Source: Desulfobulbus propionicus DSM 2032
GTDB lineage: Bacteria; Desulfobacterota; Desulfobulbia; Desulfobulbales; Desulfobulbaceae
Length of the DNA: 32,000 nt
Reading direction: 5' to 3'
Assembly: GCF_000186885.1 (NCBI RefSeq)
Contig: NC_014972.1
Location: 960,001-992,000, forward strand
The notes under the pieces are model-generated. The model did not search any database, had not been told where the DNA came from, and worked only from the letters and a program-made list of their open reading frames with translations. Positions 9,190-18,659 of this stretch are shown here, in pieces. Positions within the stretch are counted from its first letter, which is position 1. Every line of letters starts with the position of its first letter. The translations under genes and the position numbers were made by a program.

Positions 9190-10647
9190 TCAACGCTGAT
9201 CCATGCCGTCACGGGCATGCCGGCCTGAGGCCTGGTCAACGATTGTTCGACACAGGTCGGGAAAAATGAAGGCGTGAAACGGTAGTACCGCATACCAATA
9301 TACTCGTCCCCATAATCCACGGGGAATGAAATGAGCGGTTTGGACCAAGGTATCGCGCTGTAGATCGAATTCCAGCCAGGCCTTGCCGGGAAGTTTCATC
9401 TGTGCCACCAGGAGGAGGCGTTTGTTGGGCACAAGATCGGCGACTTTCCAGAAATCGACCGCATCGCCGATACGCAGATCCGAAGCAAGGCGACGACCAC
9501 GGTTCAGGCCATAGCCACCCATGATTTTATCAATCCACCCCCGCACCTGCCAGAGAAAGGTATAGGAATACCACCCTGTTTCCCCCCCAAGGCTGAGAAT
9601 TGAAGAAAACACCTGTTCTGCGGGAATCCCGGCGAAGGAAACCGTGCGGACATCGCGAAAAATCGATTCGCCCGGCATCGCTTGTTCGTTGATATCGCAG
9701 ACGGCTCCCGGGCTGGAATCGCACCAGCGGCTTAGCACCAGATCGTGTTCCAGTTCCTCAAGAGCCCGGCGGACAGCCTGTTGATAGGGCTGGGGATGAA
9801 TATGAGGAAAATATTGCCGCGCATGGTCATTTTGTACCAGAGTTTCCGATTTCAGTCCCTCTACCAATGCTGCCCCCACCTTGTAGGGGACCGGAGTGAC
9901 CAGCGTCAGCCAATAGGAACTCAGGCGCGGACTTAAAAAAGGAACGGGAACGATCCACCGCCGCAATCCCATGACCGTAGCGGTTTGGGTGAGCATGTCC
10001 ATGAAGCTCATGGGCGGTGCGCCGATATCGACGATCAGGTTCTCGGGTGGATCAAGGTCGACGGCTGCCGTCAGGTAGGCAATGACGTCATCAATGCCAA
10101 TGGGCTGGGTCAGGGTGCGTACCCAGCGAGGGGTGATCATGAACGGTAGTTTTTCGACAAGATGGCGGATTATTTCGAAACTGGTGCTGCCCGAGCCAAT
10201 GATTACCCCGGCGCGAAACCAGATGGTGCGGAGACGGTCGGGGAATGCGGAGAGAATTTCGCCTGTTTCAATGCGACTGGCCAAATGAGCCGAGGCCGAT
10301 TGTCGAAGACCAAGTCCTCCCAGATAAATGATTTTTCGTACACCCATTTCCATGCAGGCGTTGCGAAAATTTTCAGCACTTTCCCGATCGAGCCGGCTGA
10401 AATCTTCCCCGGTGCCCATGGAATGGATGAGATAAATGGCGGTCTCGACTCCGGCCAATGCCTGGCGCAACGCTCCCATGTCAAAGGTGTCTCCTTCGAT
10501 GACCACGGATTGCGCGCGGGTTTTTGCCGTGAGTTTCTTGGCATTGCGAACCAGGAGGCGGAGGGACAGGGTAGCCTGTTCCCGGAGCGCCTTTTCCAGA
10601 CGGCGGCCAATATACCCAGTGGCTCCTGTGAGCAAGACGGTGGACAT
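9190..10647 (-). CDS. NAD(P)H-binding SDR/NmrA-like oxidoreductase with C-terminal DUF2867-like domain
   Basis: 485 aa. The N-terminal Rossmann motif is VLLTGATGYIGRRL. The C-terminal roughly 150 aa (WYSYTFLWQVRGWIDKIMGG...) resembles the DUF2867 extension seen fused to such SDRs. Confidence 0.75.
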   Translation of the reverse strand: MSTVLLTGATGYIGRRLEKALREQATLSLRLLVRNAKKLTAKTRAQSVVIEGDTFDMGALRQALAGVETAIYLIHSMGTGEDFSRLDRESAENFRNACMEMGVRKIIYLGGLGLRQSASAHLASRIETGEILSAFPDRLRTIWFRAGVIIGSGSTSFEIIRHLVEKLPFMITPRWVRTLTQPIGIDDVIAYLTAAVDLDPPENLIVDIGAPPMSFMDMLTQTATVMGLRRWIVPVPFLSPRLSSYWLTLVTPVPYKVGAALVEGLKSETLVQNDHARQYFPHIHPQPYQQAVRRALEELEHDLVLSRWCDSSPGAVCDINEQAMPGESIFRDVRTVSFAGIPAEQVFSSILSLGGETGWYSYTFLWQVRGWIDKIMGGYGLNRGRRLASDLRIGDAVDFWKVADLVPNKRLLLVAQMKLPGKAWLEFDLQRDTLVQTAHFIPRGLWGRVYWYAVLPFHAFIFPDLCRTIVDQASGRHARDGMDQR

Positions 10648-10779
10648 GACGCGCTACAATTTTTTTGGTTGTTGGGGGGAAACGAAAAGTGGCTACAAGG
10701 TTCAGCAGGAGGAGACGACCCGCAGTACCCTTCTTTCGTCACTGCCGCGAACAGGCAACGGCAATCTTTGTGCATGAGG

Positions 10780-10810
10780 AAAAAAGAAACGGCGGGCTGG
10801 CGGCCCGCCG
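10780..10810 (-). terminator. Rho-independent terminator downstream of the MltD-like gene
   Basis: The minus strand reads GGCGGGC-CGCCA-GCCCGCC followed by GTTTCTTTTTT. It begins 6 nt after the stop at 10816. Confidence 0.8.
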
Positions 10811-10815
10811 GAGTA

Positions 10816-12663
10816 TCAGCCTTTTTTAACGAGCAGTTTATTGCCCGTTTGCACCGTGTTGGTGCTGAGTTTGTTCCAGGCTCGAATGTCCTGGGTGGAG
10901 GTTTGAAATTTTTTGGCGATCGCCGTCAGGGTGTCGCCATTTTTAACAACATACCATGTGTGTGGTTTTGTGCTTTTGGCGATCGCAACCGAAACCTTGG
11001 CTGCAGGCTCCGCTTTTGCGGTTTTGGCGATACTTGTTTTGGTCGCCGTCGGTTTGATCACTTCTGGCTTGTTGCCAGATGGCGCCTTGGCTACATTTTG
11101 CACGCTTTGTTTTTTGGTGGACGGATCCAGGGTCGGGATCGCGGCTGTCTTCGCCGCAGCAATCTTGACCGCCTTCGCGGCCACGGTCACCGGTTCTGGC
11201 TGCGGCCGCTCCGGATACAGGGAGAGTTTCTGGCCGCTTTTGATCGTGCTGGAGTTGGCGATTTTATTCCAGCGCAGGATGTCCTTGGTCGAAACCTGAT
11301 ATTGCTTGGCGATGGATGCCACGGTTTCACCCTGTTTGACCCGGTGGGAGACGGCCTGTTGCTTGGCAGGCTCGACTTTCACCATCTTCCCTGGTTTGTC
11401 GACTTTGGCGACGCGATCCTCGGCCTGGTCCTCGCTGTTGAGCAGCACATACTTTGTCGAGGTGGACGGTATCTGGAGACGTAATCCTCTTTTCAGCTGG
11501 GCGGTGCGCAGATTGTTCGCCTTGAGCAGGCTGGTCTTGCTGATCTTGTAAAGGTTGCAGATCTCGGTCAGCGTTTCACCCTTTTTGACGGTGTGGGTCG
11601 TGTAGACAGTTCTGGTCACCGGTCGCAATTTATCCAGATTGGCGGCAATCAATTCTTTGCATCCCACGGGGATGCGCAGGGTGTATTCATTTTTGGGCGG
11701 TGTCTGGTTCTTTCGCAGCTCGTTGTTGAGCGAGCGCAGTTGCTTGATCGAGGTATTGGCTGTGAGCGCCACGGCTTCCAGGGCAACGCCTCCAGGCACG
11801 GTGATGGTTTCGTATTCGTGAGGGGTTTTATAGGCAATATCGGTGAATCCGTATTTTTCCGGATTGCGGGCGATGATGATGGCCGCGATCAATTTGGGCA
11901 CATACCGTTTGGTTTCCATGAAAATACCTTCGGATGCGGCCACCTCCCAGAAATCCGAAGCATTGTACGTTTTCATGGCGGTGTCGATCTTGCCCTCGCC
12001 GGCATTATAGGCCGCAACGGCGAGGTACCAATCCCCGAATTGCGAGTAAAGGCGGGACAGGTAACGGATGGCTGCCTTGGTCGCCTTTTCCGGTTCGCGT
12101 CGCTCGTCGACCCAGGAATCAACCCGAAGTTTGTATGTTTGTGCCGTTCCTTCCATGAACTGCCACAGGCCGCAGGCTTCGGCCGGCGAATAGGCGGACG
12201 GGTTGAACCCTGATTCGATCATGGCCAGATACACCAGATCCAAAGGAAGCCCGGCTCTTTTCAATTCCCGCTCGATATACGGACGATATATGGTGGAGCG
12301 GGCGAGCCACTGGGTGAAATAATTGCGTTGTTTTCCCTGAAACAGTTCAAGGTAGTAGAGAACCTGCTTGTTGACGGTAATGGGAAAATCGTATTTGGAA
12401 GGATCAATCCCCAGCTTCTCCAGGGAATAGGTGGTCTTCACCCCATATTCCCACGCACCCGGCTTGTTGAGCGCTTCCAGTTCTTCCTGGGCGGTTTCTT
12501 CGGGTTCAGCCGATGCAATTTCCTCATCTTGGATGTCGGCATCCGTCACAGGGGTGGGTGAACGGTGCAGGGCCGAACGTTTTGGGTGTGAGGAGCAGGC
12601 GGAAAGTGAAATGCAAAGAAGGGCGATGCAACAGGAGTTAAGCAGAACGGGCAATATTTTCAT
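10816..12663 (-). CDS. mltD: Membrane-bound lytic murein transglycosylase D-like lipoprotein with three LysM domains
   Basis: 615 aa. Lipoprotein signal LLCISLSACSS. SLT catalytic region YLAMIESGFNPSAYSPAEACGLWQF. Three LysM-like repeats: HTVKKGETLTEICNLY, HRVKQGETVASIAKQY, YVVKNGDTLTAIAKKF. Confidence 0.88.
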   Translation of the reverse strand: MKILPVLLNSCCIALLCISLSACSSHPKRSALHRSPTPVTDADIQDEEIASAEPEETAQEELEALNKPGAWEYGVKTTYSLEKLGIDPSKYDFPITVNKQVLYYLELFQGKQRNYFTQWLARSTIYRPYIERELKRAGLPLDLVYLAMIESGFNPSAYSPAEACGLWQFMEGTAQTYKLRVDSWVDERREPEKATKAAIRYLSRLYSQFGDWYLAVAAYNAGEGKIDTAMKTYNASDFWEVAASEGIFMETKRYVPKLIAAIIIARNPEKYGFTDIAYKTPHEYETITVPGGVALEAVALTANTSIKQLRSLNNELRKNQTPPKNEYTLRIPVGCKELIAANLDKLRPVTRTVYTTHTVKKGETLTEICNLYKISKTSLLKANNLRTAQLKRGLRLQIPSTSTKYVLLNSEDQAEDRVAKVDKPGKMVKVEPAKQQAVSHRVKQGETVASIAKQYQVSTKDILRWNKIANSSTIKSGQKLSLYPERPQPEPVTVAAKAVKIAAAKTAAIPTLDPSTKKQSVQNVAKAPSGNKPEVIKPTATKTSIAKTAKAEPAAKVSVAIAKSTKPHTWYVVKNGDTLTAIAKKFQTSTQDIRAWNKLSTNTVQTGNKLLVKKG

Positions 12664-13231
12664 ATGTAGTAGTGGGGTTTATGCAACCTTGTATTGCATT
12701 GAAATGATATTGTTTTTCTGCAAACAGCATTATTTGTGAACACAGCAGGCAAGATGTAGTGGTTCTTTTACCATTAAAATAAAATGAAAGACAAGAAAAA
12801 CTCATTGAGAAGGCAATTTTTTTCATCCAATCAGTCAAGTATTCTTCGTATTTTTTTGAAAAACTGCCTTTTTCCCGTTTTCCACACCCAGGTGTACTCT
12901 CCTGCTCGGGAGACGAAGTGCGGGGAGAAACAGCCCTTGGCGCGATAGATTGGCTGGACTGCCCGAGCGATGGTCTGGTTGTGTTTCGGGGGTCTGCCGG
13001 ATTGGAAACAGGGGGCTGAGCGCGAAGGACAGGGGGGATTCGAAGAAAAACTCCGAGCTTGATTCCTCCTAGGCTCCGCAGGTTTCCCTTTCTGTTGCCA
13101 GCAAGGTCTGGTATCCTTGCCGATTTGTCAACAATGTCGAGGGTAATTTATCTAATTCGTGCTCCCGCCCGAAATTTTTCTGCAAACTCTTGTAATGGCG
13201 GTTGGTCGCGTGTCCATCGGTATCAAGAACC

Positions 13232-16200
13232 ATGATCAGATTTTTTAAATACTGTTTTGTCTTCTTTTTCTTTTGCTCCCTGCTGATGGTGGCGGCCGGA
13301 ACCGCAGGCCTCTATTACCTTGTCGTCATGGTTCCCACGCCCGAGATCGAGGAAGCGCATATCAACGAGATCCTGGGTCGGGAAAGTCCCGTGTTCTACC
13401 GTGACGGTCAGACAAAACTCGGGGTCCTGTTTGAAGGGATTCATCGCCAGTATTTGCCGTACAAGGACATTCCCCAAGATTTTGTCAACGCCCTGATCGC
13501 GGCCGAGGATAATCAATATTTTCATCATTTCGGCATTGACCCGCCAGGAATCATCCGGGCAATGATCGCCAACCTGCAGGCGGGCCGCATCGTCCAGGGC
13601 GGGAGCACCATTACCCAGCAAACCGCGAAAAACCTGTTTAAGCGGGAATCGCGGAGCATGGAGGCCAAGATCAAGGAACTGCTGTTCGCCCTGCGTCTGG
13701 AGCATCGGTACAGCAAGGAGAAAATCCTCGAATTTTATTGCAATCAGTTTTTTGTCAGCGGCAACGGACATGGTCTCGGGGTCGCGGCCCGCTATTTTTT
13801 TGACAAGGAACCCAAGGAGCTGACCCTGCTGGAATGCGCCTTCATCGCCGGCAGTGTCAAGCGGCCCAATTATTACAATCCCTTTCTGAGGAAAAATCAG
13901 GCGAATGCCGAGGAGGTCCGGCAGCGAGGAGAGGAGCGGGTCAATTACGTGCTCGAACAGATGCGCAAGGTCGGGATGCTGGGCGAGCGCGACTACAAAC
14001 AGCTCAATGTCTCTAATCTGGTCTTTCGTCAAGGGAAGATGTCCTTTGCCCAGAACACGGCCATGGACCTGGTCAAGGAGGGCCTGGAAACCGCTTTCAT
14101 CGCCGACACCCTGGAGGAAAACGGCATATCCAACATTTCCACCTCGGGCGCCCGGATCATCACCTCGCTGGACCAGTCCATTCAAGCAAAGACTGTGCAG
14201 GCCTTGCGGCGGCAACTCTCGCAACTCGATGTGCGCCTGCGCGGCTATTCACGCGCTCAGGTACAGAGCGAATACCAGTCGCTTGACTATTCAGGGGATG
14301 AAGACTTTGTGCCCGGCAATTGCGTTTTCGGCACCGTGGAGGAGATCACGGACACCCGGGAACGCGGACCGGTTGTGCGGGTGGTGTTTGACGAAGGGCG
14401 GGCTGTGGGGACAATCGACAGCTCCGGTCTGGTGCGGCTGGCCGATGCCCATGCCAAATTCGCGCGCAACGCCGCTGCTTCTGGACCGGCCGACCGCAAG
14501 GCCGTGCTGCGGCAGGTACAGGCGGGCGACAAGGTCTATACCTGTATCCGCGAGGTTGACGACGGGGGCATGCTGCTGCTTGACTTGGAAAAATACCCCA
14601 AGGTCGAAGGCGCGGCCTTTGTCCTTCAGGAAGGGGCTATCCGGGCGATGAGCGGCGGCATGTCCAATCTCAACTATAATCGGGCGACCACGGCCAAACG
14701 GTTGATGGGGTCAACGTTCAAGACCTTTGTCCTCGCCGCGGCCCTGCAGTTGGGGTGGAGTCCGATCGACATGATCAGCAATACCCCCCAGACCTTTATG
14801 TTCATGAACCGTCCGTATGCGCCCCAGCCTGATCATGACAGTCCCTTCGGCTCGGTTTCTCTCAGTTGGGCGGGCGTGACCTCGGAGAACGTGGCCGCCG
14901 TCTGGTTGCTCTACCATCTCACCGATCACCTGACCCCGGCGATGGTCCGGGAATTGGCGACTCAGGTGGACATGGCGCCGCGCGTTGTGGATGGAACAAC
15001 CGAGGACTACCAGCAGTACAAGGCGCGCATGCGCGATAAGTACGGTATCGTTGTGTCCCGGGAATATTTGGGGCGGGCCGTGTTCAGCAGTGCCGTGCGC
15101 GCCCTTAAGCCGGATTTCGTGTTCGAGAACCGGACCGGCGAGTACGGCCGTCTGGAGCGGATGCGTTACGACGAATTTCTCGGGCTGAGGGCGCTGCTGC
15201 CCCGGCTGGCCGAGTTCCGACGTTCGCCGCTGCAGAGCCCCCCCACGGTGGACCCGGACAGCGCTTTTGACAACCCGGGGGAGAGCGTTCCGCCAACGGC
15301 TGGACGTCTGGTGAAGGATACGCTTGGCCGTTTCATCTTTACCCGGCGCTCGGAGTTGCCGCCCAACTGGATGGAACTGAGCGCGCGCGAGATCGCCGAT
15401 CACCTGTTCTCCCTCGACCCGACCCGGTATGAATCCTTCTGGCAGGAGGAGGTACAGCTGGAGGGGGTGCTTTCGGCCGCCGATGTGCAGCAGCTGGACG
15501 AACAGATCCGCATCGAGCGCGACAAGGTGGACAGCGACAAGCTGTATTCCATGGAAGTGCTCAGTGAAGTCCGTGATTTCAGGGTGATGCTCGGTTTGCA
15601 GTACATGGTTCGGCTGGCCAAGGAATGTGGCATCAACAGTAATTTTGAACCGGTTCTGTCGCTGCCGCTTGGCTCCAACGTCGTTTCCCTGTCGGAAATG
15701 ACCCGTCTCTACGAGACACTGCTCACCGGCTACCGGCATGACGCCGCCGATGCGTCAACCCTGGCCCTCGCCGAGCTTGACGGACGTGTTGACCCGGATG
15801 GCGCGGCCATTATTGAACGGATCGAGACCCCGGAGGGAAGGGTGGTCTATTCTCGCCAGGTGCATAAAACGCGGGTGATCGATGCCAAGAGTTCGGCGGC
15901 CATCGGCAATATCCTCCAGAACGTCATTCCCTACGGTACCGGCAAATATGCCAAGGAACACGTCCGTCTGCGCAGTACCGATCCGGAACGGCAGAAGATC
16001 GTTGACGGCATCAAACAGACCTATCCGCTCCTGGGTAAGACAGGGACGGCCAACGATTATCGGAATGCCGCCTTTCTTGGTTTTGTTCCGGTGCTGTTGC
16101 CCGATCAATCCGGGGTGGGGTTCGAGGGGGGCTACACGGTTGGTGTCTATACAGGCTATGATGACAATATGCCCATGGTCAGGGGCAGGTTTCGGGTTAG

Positions 16201-16504
16201 CGGCTCCCAGGGCGCCTTGCCGGCTTGGAGCGACATAGCCCAGGGTCTTTTGGATGTGGAACGGATTGCCGATCGAATTGACCCGGTCGATCTGACCTTC
16301 GATGGCCTGAGCCTGCGCTATCCCGATGTGGGGCAAATTTTTGTGCCGGTTGCCCCCAATCAAGGCGGGGCAGCCGCCAGTTCGTCGGGCGCCCGCCAAG
16401 TCGTACCGCCGGCAGGTCCGGCCAGTCTCTGTTTCGGTGCCCGAACCGAGGGCGGACGGTTCGAGCCGCTCCGCCAGTTTCTGCCGTTCTGGAAAAATCG
16501 CTGA
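13232..16504 (+). CDS. Class A penicillin-binding protein (GT51 glycosyltransferase + transpeptidase), unusually long, with extra non-catalytic inserts
   Basis: GT51 motifs AEDNQYFHHFGID and GGSTITQQTAKN. Transpeptidase motifs STFK (aa 504-507 in track numbering), SEN (561-563) and KTG (946-948). N-terminal TM anchor. ATG 13232 (MIRFFKY) is preferred over the TTG at 13202 used by the track. Confidence 0.9.
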   Translation: MIRFFKYCFVFFFFCSLLMVAAGTAGLYYLVVMVPTPEIEEAHINEILGRESPVFYRDGQTKLGVLFEGIHRQYLPYKDIPQDFVNALIAAEDNQYFHHFGIDPPGIIRAMIANLQAGRIVQGGSTITQQTAKNLFKRESRSMEAKIKELLFALRLEHRYSKEKILEFYCNQFFVSGNGHGLGVAARYFFDKEPKELTLLECAFIAGSVKRPNYYNPFLRKNQANAEEVRQRGEERVNYVLEQMRKVGMLGERDYKQLNVSNLVFRQGKMSFAQNTAMDLVKEGLETAFIADTLEENGISNISTSGARIITSLDQSIQAKTVQALRRQLSQLDVRLRGYSRAQVQSEYQSLDYSGDEDFVPGNCVFGTVEEITDTRERGPVVRVVFDEGRAVGTIDSSGLVRLADAHAKFARNAAASGPADRKAVLRQVQAGDKVYTCIREVDDGGMLLLDLEKYPKVEGAAFVLQEGAIRAMSGGMSNLNYNRATTAKRLMGSTFKTFVLAAALQLGWSPIDMISNTPQTFMFMNRPYAPQPDHDSPFGSVSLSWAGVTSENVAAVWLLYHLTDHLTPAMVRELATQVDMAPRVVDGTTEDYQQYKARMRDKYGIVVSREYLGRAVFSSAVRALKPDFVFENRTGEYGRLERMRYDEFLGLRALLPRLAEFRRSPLQSPPTVDPDSAFDNPGESVPPTAGRLVKDTLGRFIFTRRSELPPNWMELSAREIADHLFSLDPTRYESFWQEEVQLEGVLSAADVQQLDEQIRIERDKVDSDKLYSMEVLSEVRDFRVMLGLQYMVRLAKECGINSNFEPVLSLPLGSNVVSLSEMTRLYETLLTGYRHDAADASTLALAELDGRVDPDGAAIIERIETPEGRVVYSRQVHKTRVIDAKSSAAIGNILQNVIPYGTGKYAKEHVRLRSTDPERQKIVDGIKQTYPLLGKTGTANDYRNAAFLGFVPVLLPDQSGVGFEGGYTVGVYTGYDDNMPMVRGRFRVSGSQGALPAWSDIAQGLLDVERIADRIDPVDLTFDGLSLRYPDVGQIFVPVAPNQGGAAASSSGARQVVPPAGPASLCFGARTEGGRFEPLRQFLPFWKNR

Positions 16505-16739
16505 GCTCCTGCCGTGGTGTTGATGGGAGCCGGCGGAGCGGCACAGTCGCGGCGCTTTTTGCACGCACTCCAAGAAAGCAATTGTCCCCCACCGTGTAAT
16601 TTGCTATTTTAAAATTTGTGTCTTTTGCTGTTTTTCCCCGCAGGATGAGAAGATGGCGAGGGATACAGATCTCAAGCGAACGTGTGCCGTTTTTTCAGGC
16701 CTCCCTTCCGTTGAACTGAATGTCTACCCGACCAACGCC

Positions 16740-18449
16740 ATGATGATACTCACTCCCCGTTGTACCGCCAAATCCCTGGTGGTTACTGCTTGTTGTTGCG
16801 GCCTGTTGCTTTCCGGATGCGCCACTGACAGCCGGATGATCGATCCCTCCGCAGCCCGCGCGCAGCGGGAAGCCGCTATGCGCCAGGAAGGGGGAGGGCA
16901 ACCCGCCACCGAAGTGGTCAATCGGGATGTGTTGCTGCCGGCGATGACCTCCATCAACACCCGGATCCGTGCCTATGAGGAGAAATTGCAGGATTGGCGG
17001 GAGGTACAGAAGAATTCCGAGATTCTGGCGCTGCCGCTTGAAAAACGCAACCGGATCAACGAGTGTGAATCTCAACTGCAGGATATTCTCCTGGAGTACA
17101 CCTCGTTGCAGAAACAGTTGCAGCAGGAAACCAGAGTCGATGCCGCCCAGCTGTTGGCCGGTAACTCGTTGTTGCAACTCAACCAGCAGGATATCGATTA
17201 TTTGGAAAGCGGCTGCGGCGCATTCCTGGTTGAGCTTAAGGAAACACCGCAACCAGCGGTTTCGGCGGCCGCCGATCCCCAGATTAAGGCCGCTTTCGAC
17301 CAGGGCGACTATGACCAGGTCATCAACTTGTATGCCAAGCTGCCGTTGGCGCCCAATCAGAGCCCGGCCGCTGAGACCACCTATCAATACGGCTTGGCCC
17401 TGCTGAAAAATCATCAGGAATCCGAGGCGCGCCGGATTCTGGGCGACCTGTTGCCCAAGGTACGCGAGCAGCAGGGGGACAGCGAACTCTTGTTGCCGAT
17501 GATGCAGCTCGTCGCGGACATTGATTTCGCCGGAGAGGCCTATGACGAGGCGCGGCGGCAATACGAGCAGGTCGTTCAGTTGTCGATCGAGAAGGGAGCC
17601 CACAAGGAAGAATGGCCCGGCCTGCAACTCGCCGCCCTGCAACCTGGTGGCGTGACGCCGGAAGAGATGAAGGAATATGGCGCGCTGCTGAAAAATTACC
17701 TGGCCTTCAACCCTAAACGTGACGGTAATGCCGTGGCCGAGCAGGCGGATCGGTTTCTGCAAGCGTATCCGGCGTCACGGTTTGTTCCCAACGTCAATAC
17801 CATGCGCAATGACAGCCGCGCGCAAGCGGAAGCCTGGGTCAACCAGGGGAGCAAGCGGGTGGAGGAGATGGCCGGCGAACGGAAGGCGACGGAGGTGCAA
17901 GCCACAGGCGGGCCGGTAGCCGCCGTGACCGCTCCGGCAGCTTCATCGACTGCGGTGGAAAATGTCCAGGTTGGGAACGCTCCACCGACACCGGTTGTCG
18001 ATGAAAAGGCCTTGCAGGAAGACTATGACCGGGGTGCGGCCCATCTGCAGGCGCGGGAATACGACAAGGCGATCGAGCGGTTGAACCGGCTGCGGCAGAC
18101 CGCCTATGAGGCCAAGGCCAATCCCCTGATTGCAGAAGCTTCCAAACTCGGTGCCCAGGATGCGCGGCAAAAAGCGGCCGAACTTTTTGTCCGCGCCACC
18201 AACAGCCGTGACACCGAGGAGAAGCGCAAACTTCTGCTCGGCTCCCGCGATTTGCTTCAGGGCGCCTTGACCAAATACCCCCAATCGGGCCTGGCCGACA
18301 AAATCCAGCGCAACCTCGCCCGGATCGAAGCCGAACTTCGTGCCGTGGACGCCACCACCGCTGCGCCGAAACCGGTCACCAGCGGCGGTGCCTATGTACC
18401 GCCGAAGGCCGGAACCGGCGCGGCAGGTGCGCCGGCGACCTCCTTGTAG
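16740..18449 (+). CDS. Predicted lipoprotein with coiled-coil and TPR-like helical repeats and an Ala/Pro-rich tail; function unknown
   Basis: Signal peptide plus lipobox, MMILTPRCTAKSLVVTACCCGLLLSGC. A heptad-like Q/L/E-rich segment (RIRAYEEKLQDWREVQ...LQKQLQQE). TPR-like stretches (DYDQVINLYAKL..., EDYDRGAAHLQAREYDKAIERL...). The upstream in-frame ATG 16653 (with an AGGA SD) is an alternative start; 16740 puts the signal peptide at the N-terminus. Confidence 0.7.
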   Translation: MMILTPRCTAKSLVVTACCCGLLLSGCATDSRMIDPSAARAQREAAMRQEGGGQPATEVVNRDVLLPAMTSINTRIRAYEEKLQDWREVQKNSEILALPLEKRNRINECESQLQDILLEYTSLQKQLQQETRVDAAQLLAGNSLLQLNQQDIDYLESGCGAFLVELKETPQPAVSAAADPQIKAAFDQGDYDQVINLYAKLPLAPNQSPAAETTYQYGLALLKNHQESEARRILGDLLPKVREQQGDSELLLPMMQLVADIDFAGEAYDEARRQYEQVVQLSIEKGAHKEEWPGLQLAALQPGGVTPEEMKEYGALLKNYLAFNPKRDGNAVAEQADRFLQAYPASRFVPNVNTMRNDSRAQAEAWVNQGSKRVEEMAGERKATEVQATGGPVAAVTAPAASSTAVENVQVGNAPPTPVVDEKALQEDYDRGAAHLQAREYDKAIERLNRLRQTAYEAKANPLIAEASKLGAQDARQKAAELFVRATNSRDTEEKRKLLLGSRDLLQGALTKYPQSGLADKIQRNLARIEAELRAVDATTAAPKPVTSGGAYVPPKAGTGAAGAPATSL

Positions 18450-18563
18450 CGGAATCGCCGGACAGTCAACTGATGCGGGGAGCGCTTCTGTTCAGGGAAC
18501 GTCGTCACCTTTGATCGTGAAAGGAGGGCGGCTGGAGTTGGGAGCAATGGAGGGGTGATTCTT

Positions 18564-18591
18564 TCCGGTACTGACAGGAGTCGGATATCCT
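18564..18591. repeat. Left copy of a split direct repeat flanking the low-GC islet
   Basis: TCCGGTACT[gacaggagt]CGGaTATCCT, versus TCCGGTACTCGGcgTATCCT at 19818-19837. The shared blocks are 9+3+6 nt in the same order and orientation. Confidence 0.35.
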
Positions 18592-18659
18592 CGGGGCAAT
18601 GCTTCATTGCCAAACGTGTGGGACAACGGCGTTCTCCTCTCGTTCGAACCGGTTGGTGG

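Noticed and set aside
16520-16560. GGCAC...TTTGCA, resembling a sigma54 -24/-12 promoter upstream of the lipoprotein gene. Also CTGGTATCCTTGCC at about 13109-13122 upstream of the PBP gene.
   Set aside because: The GG-to-GC spacing is wrong in both (far too long and 3 nt too short, respectively). A weak sigma70-like TTGTCC-N17-TATTTT (16582-16610) is the more plausible lipoprotein promoter, but it is too weak to list as a feature.
18641-18653. GGTTCGAAC (minus strand), T-loop-like sequence next to the islet boundary, suggesting a tRNA fragment used as an integration site.
   Set aside because: The flanking bases do not form a T-stem, and no acceptor or anticodon arms can be drawn. It also lies only a few nt from the nuclease stop codon. 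Insufficient evidence for a tRNA remnant.
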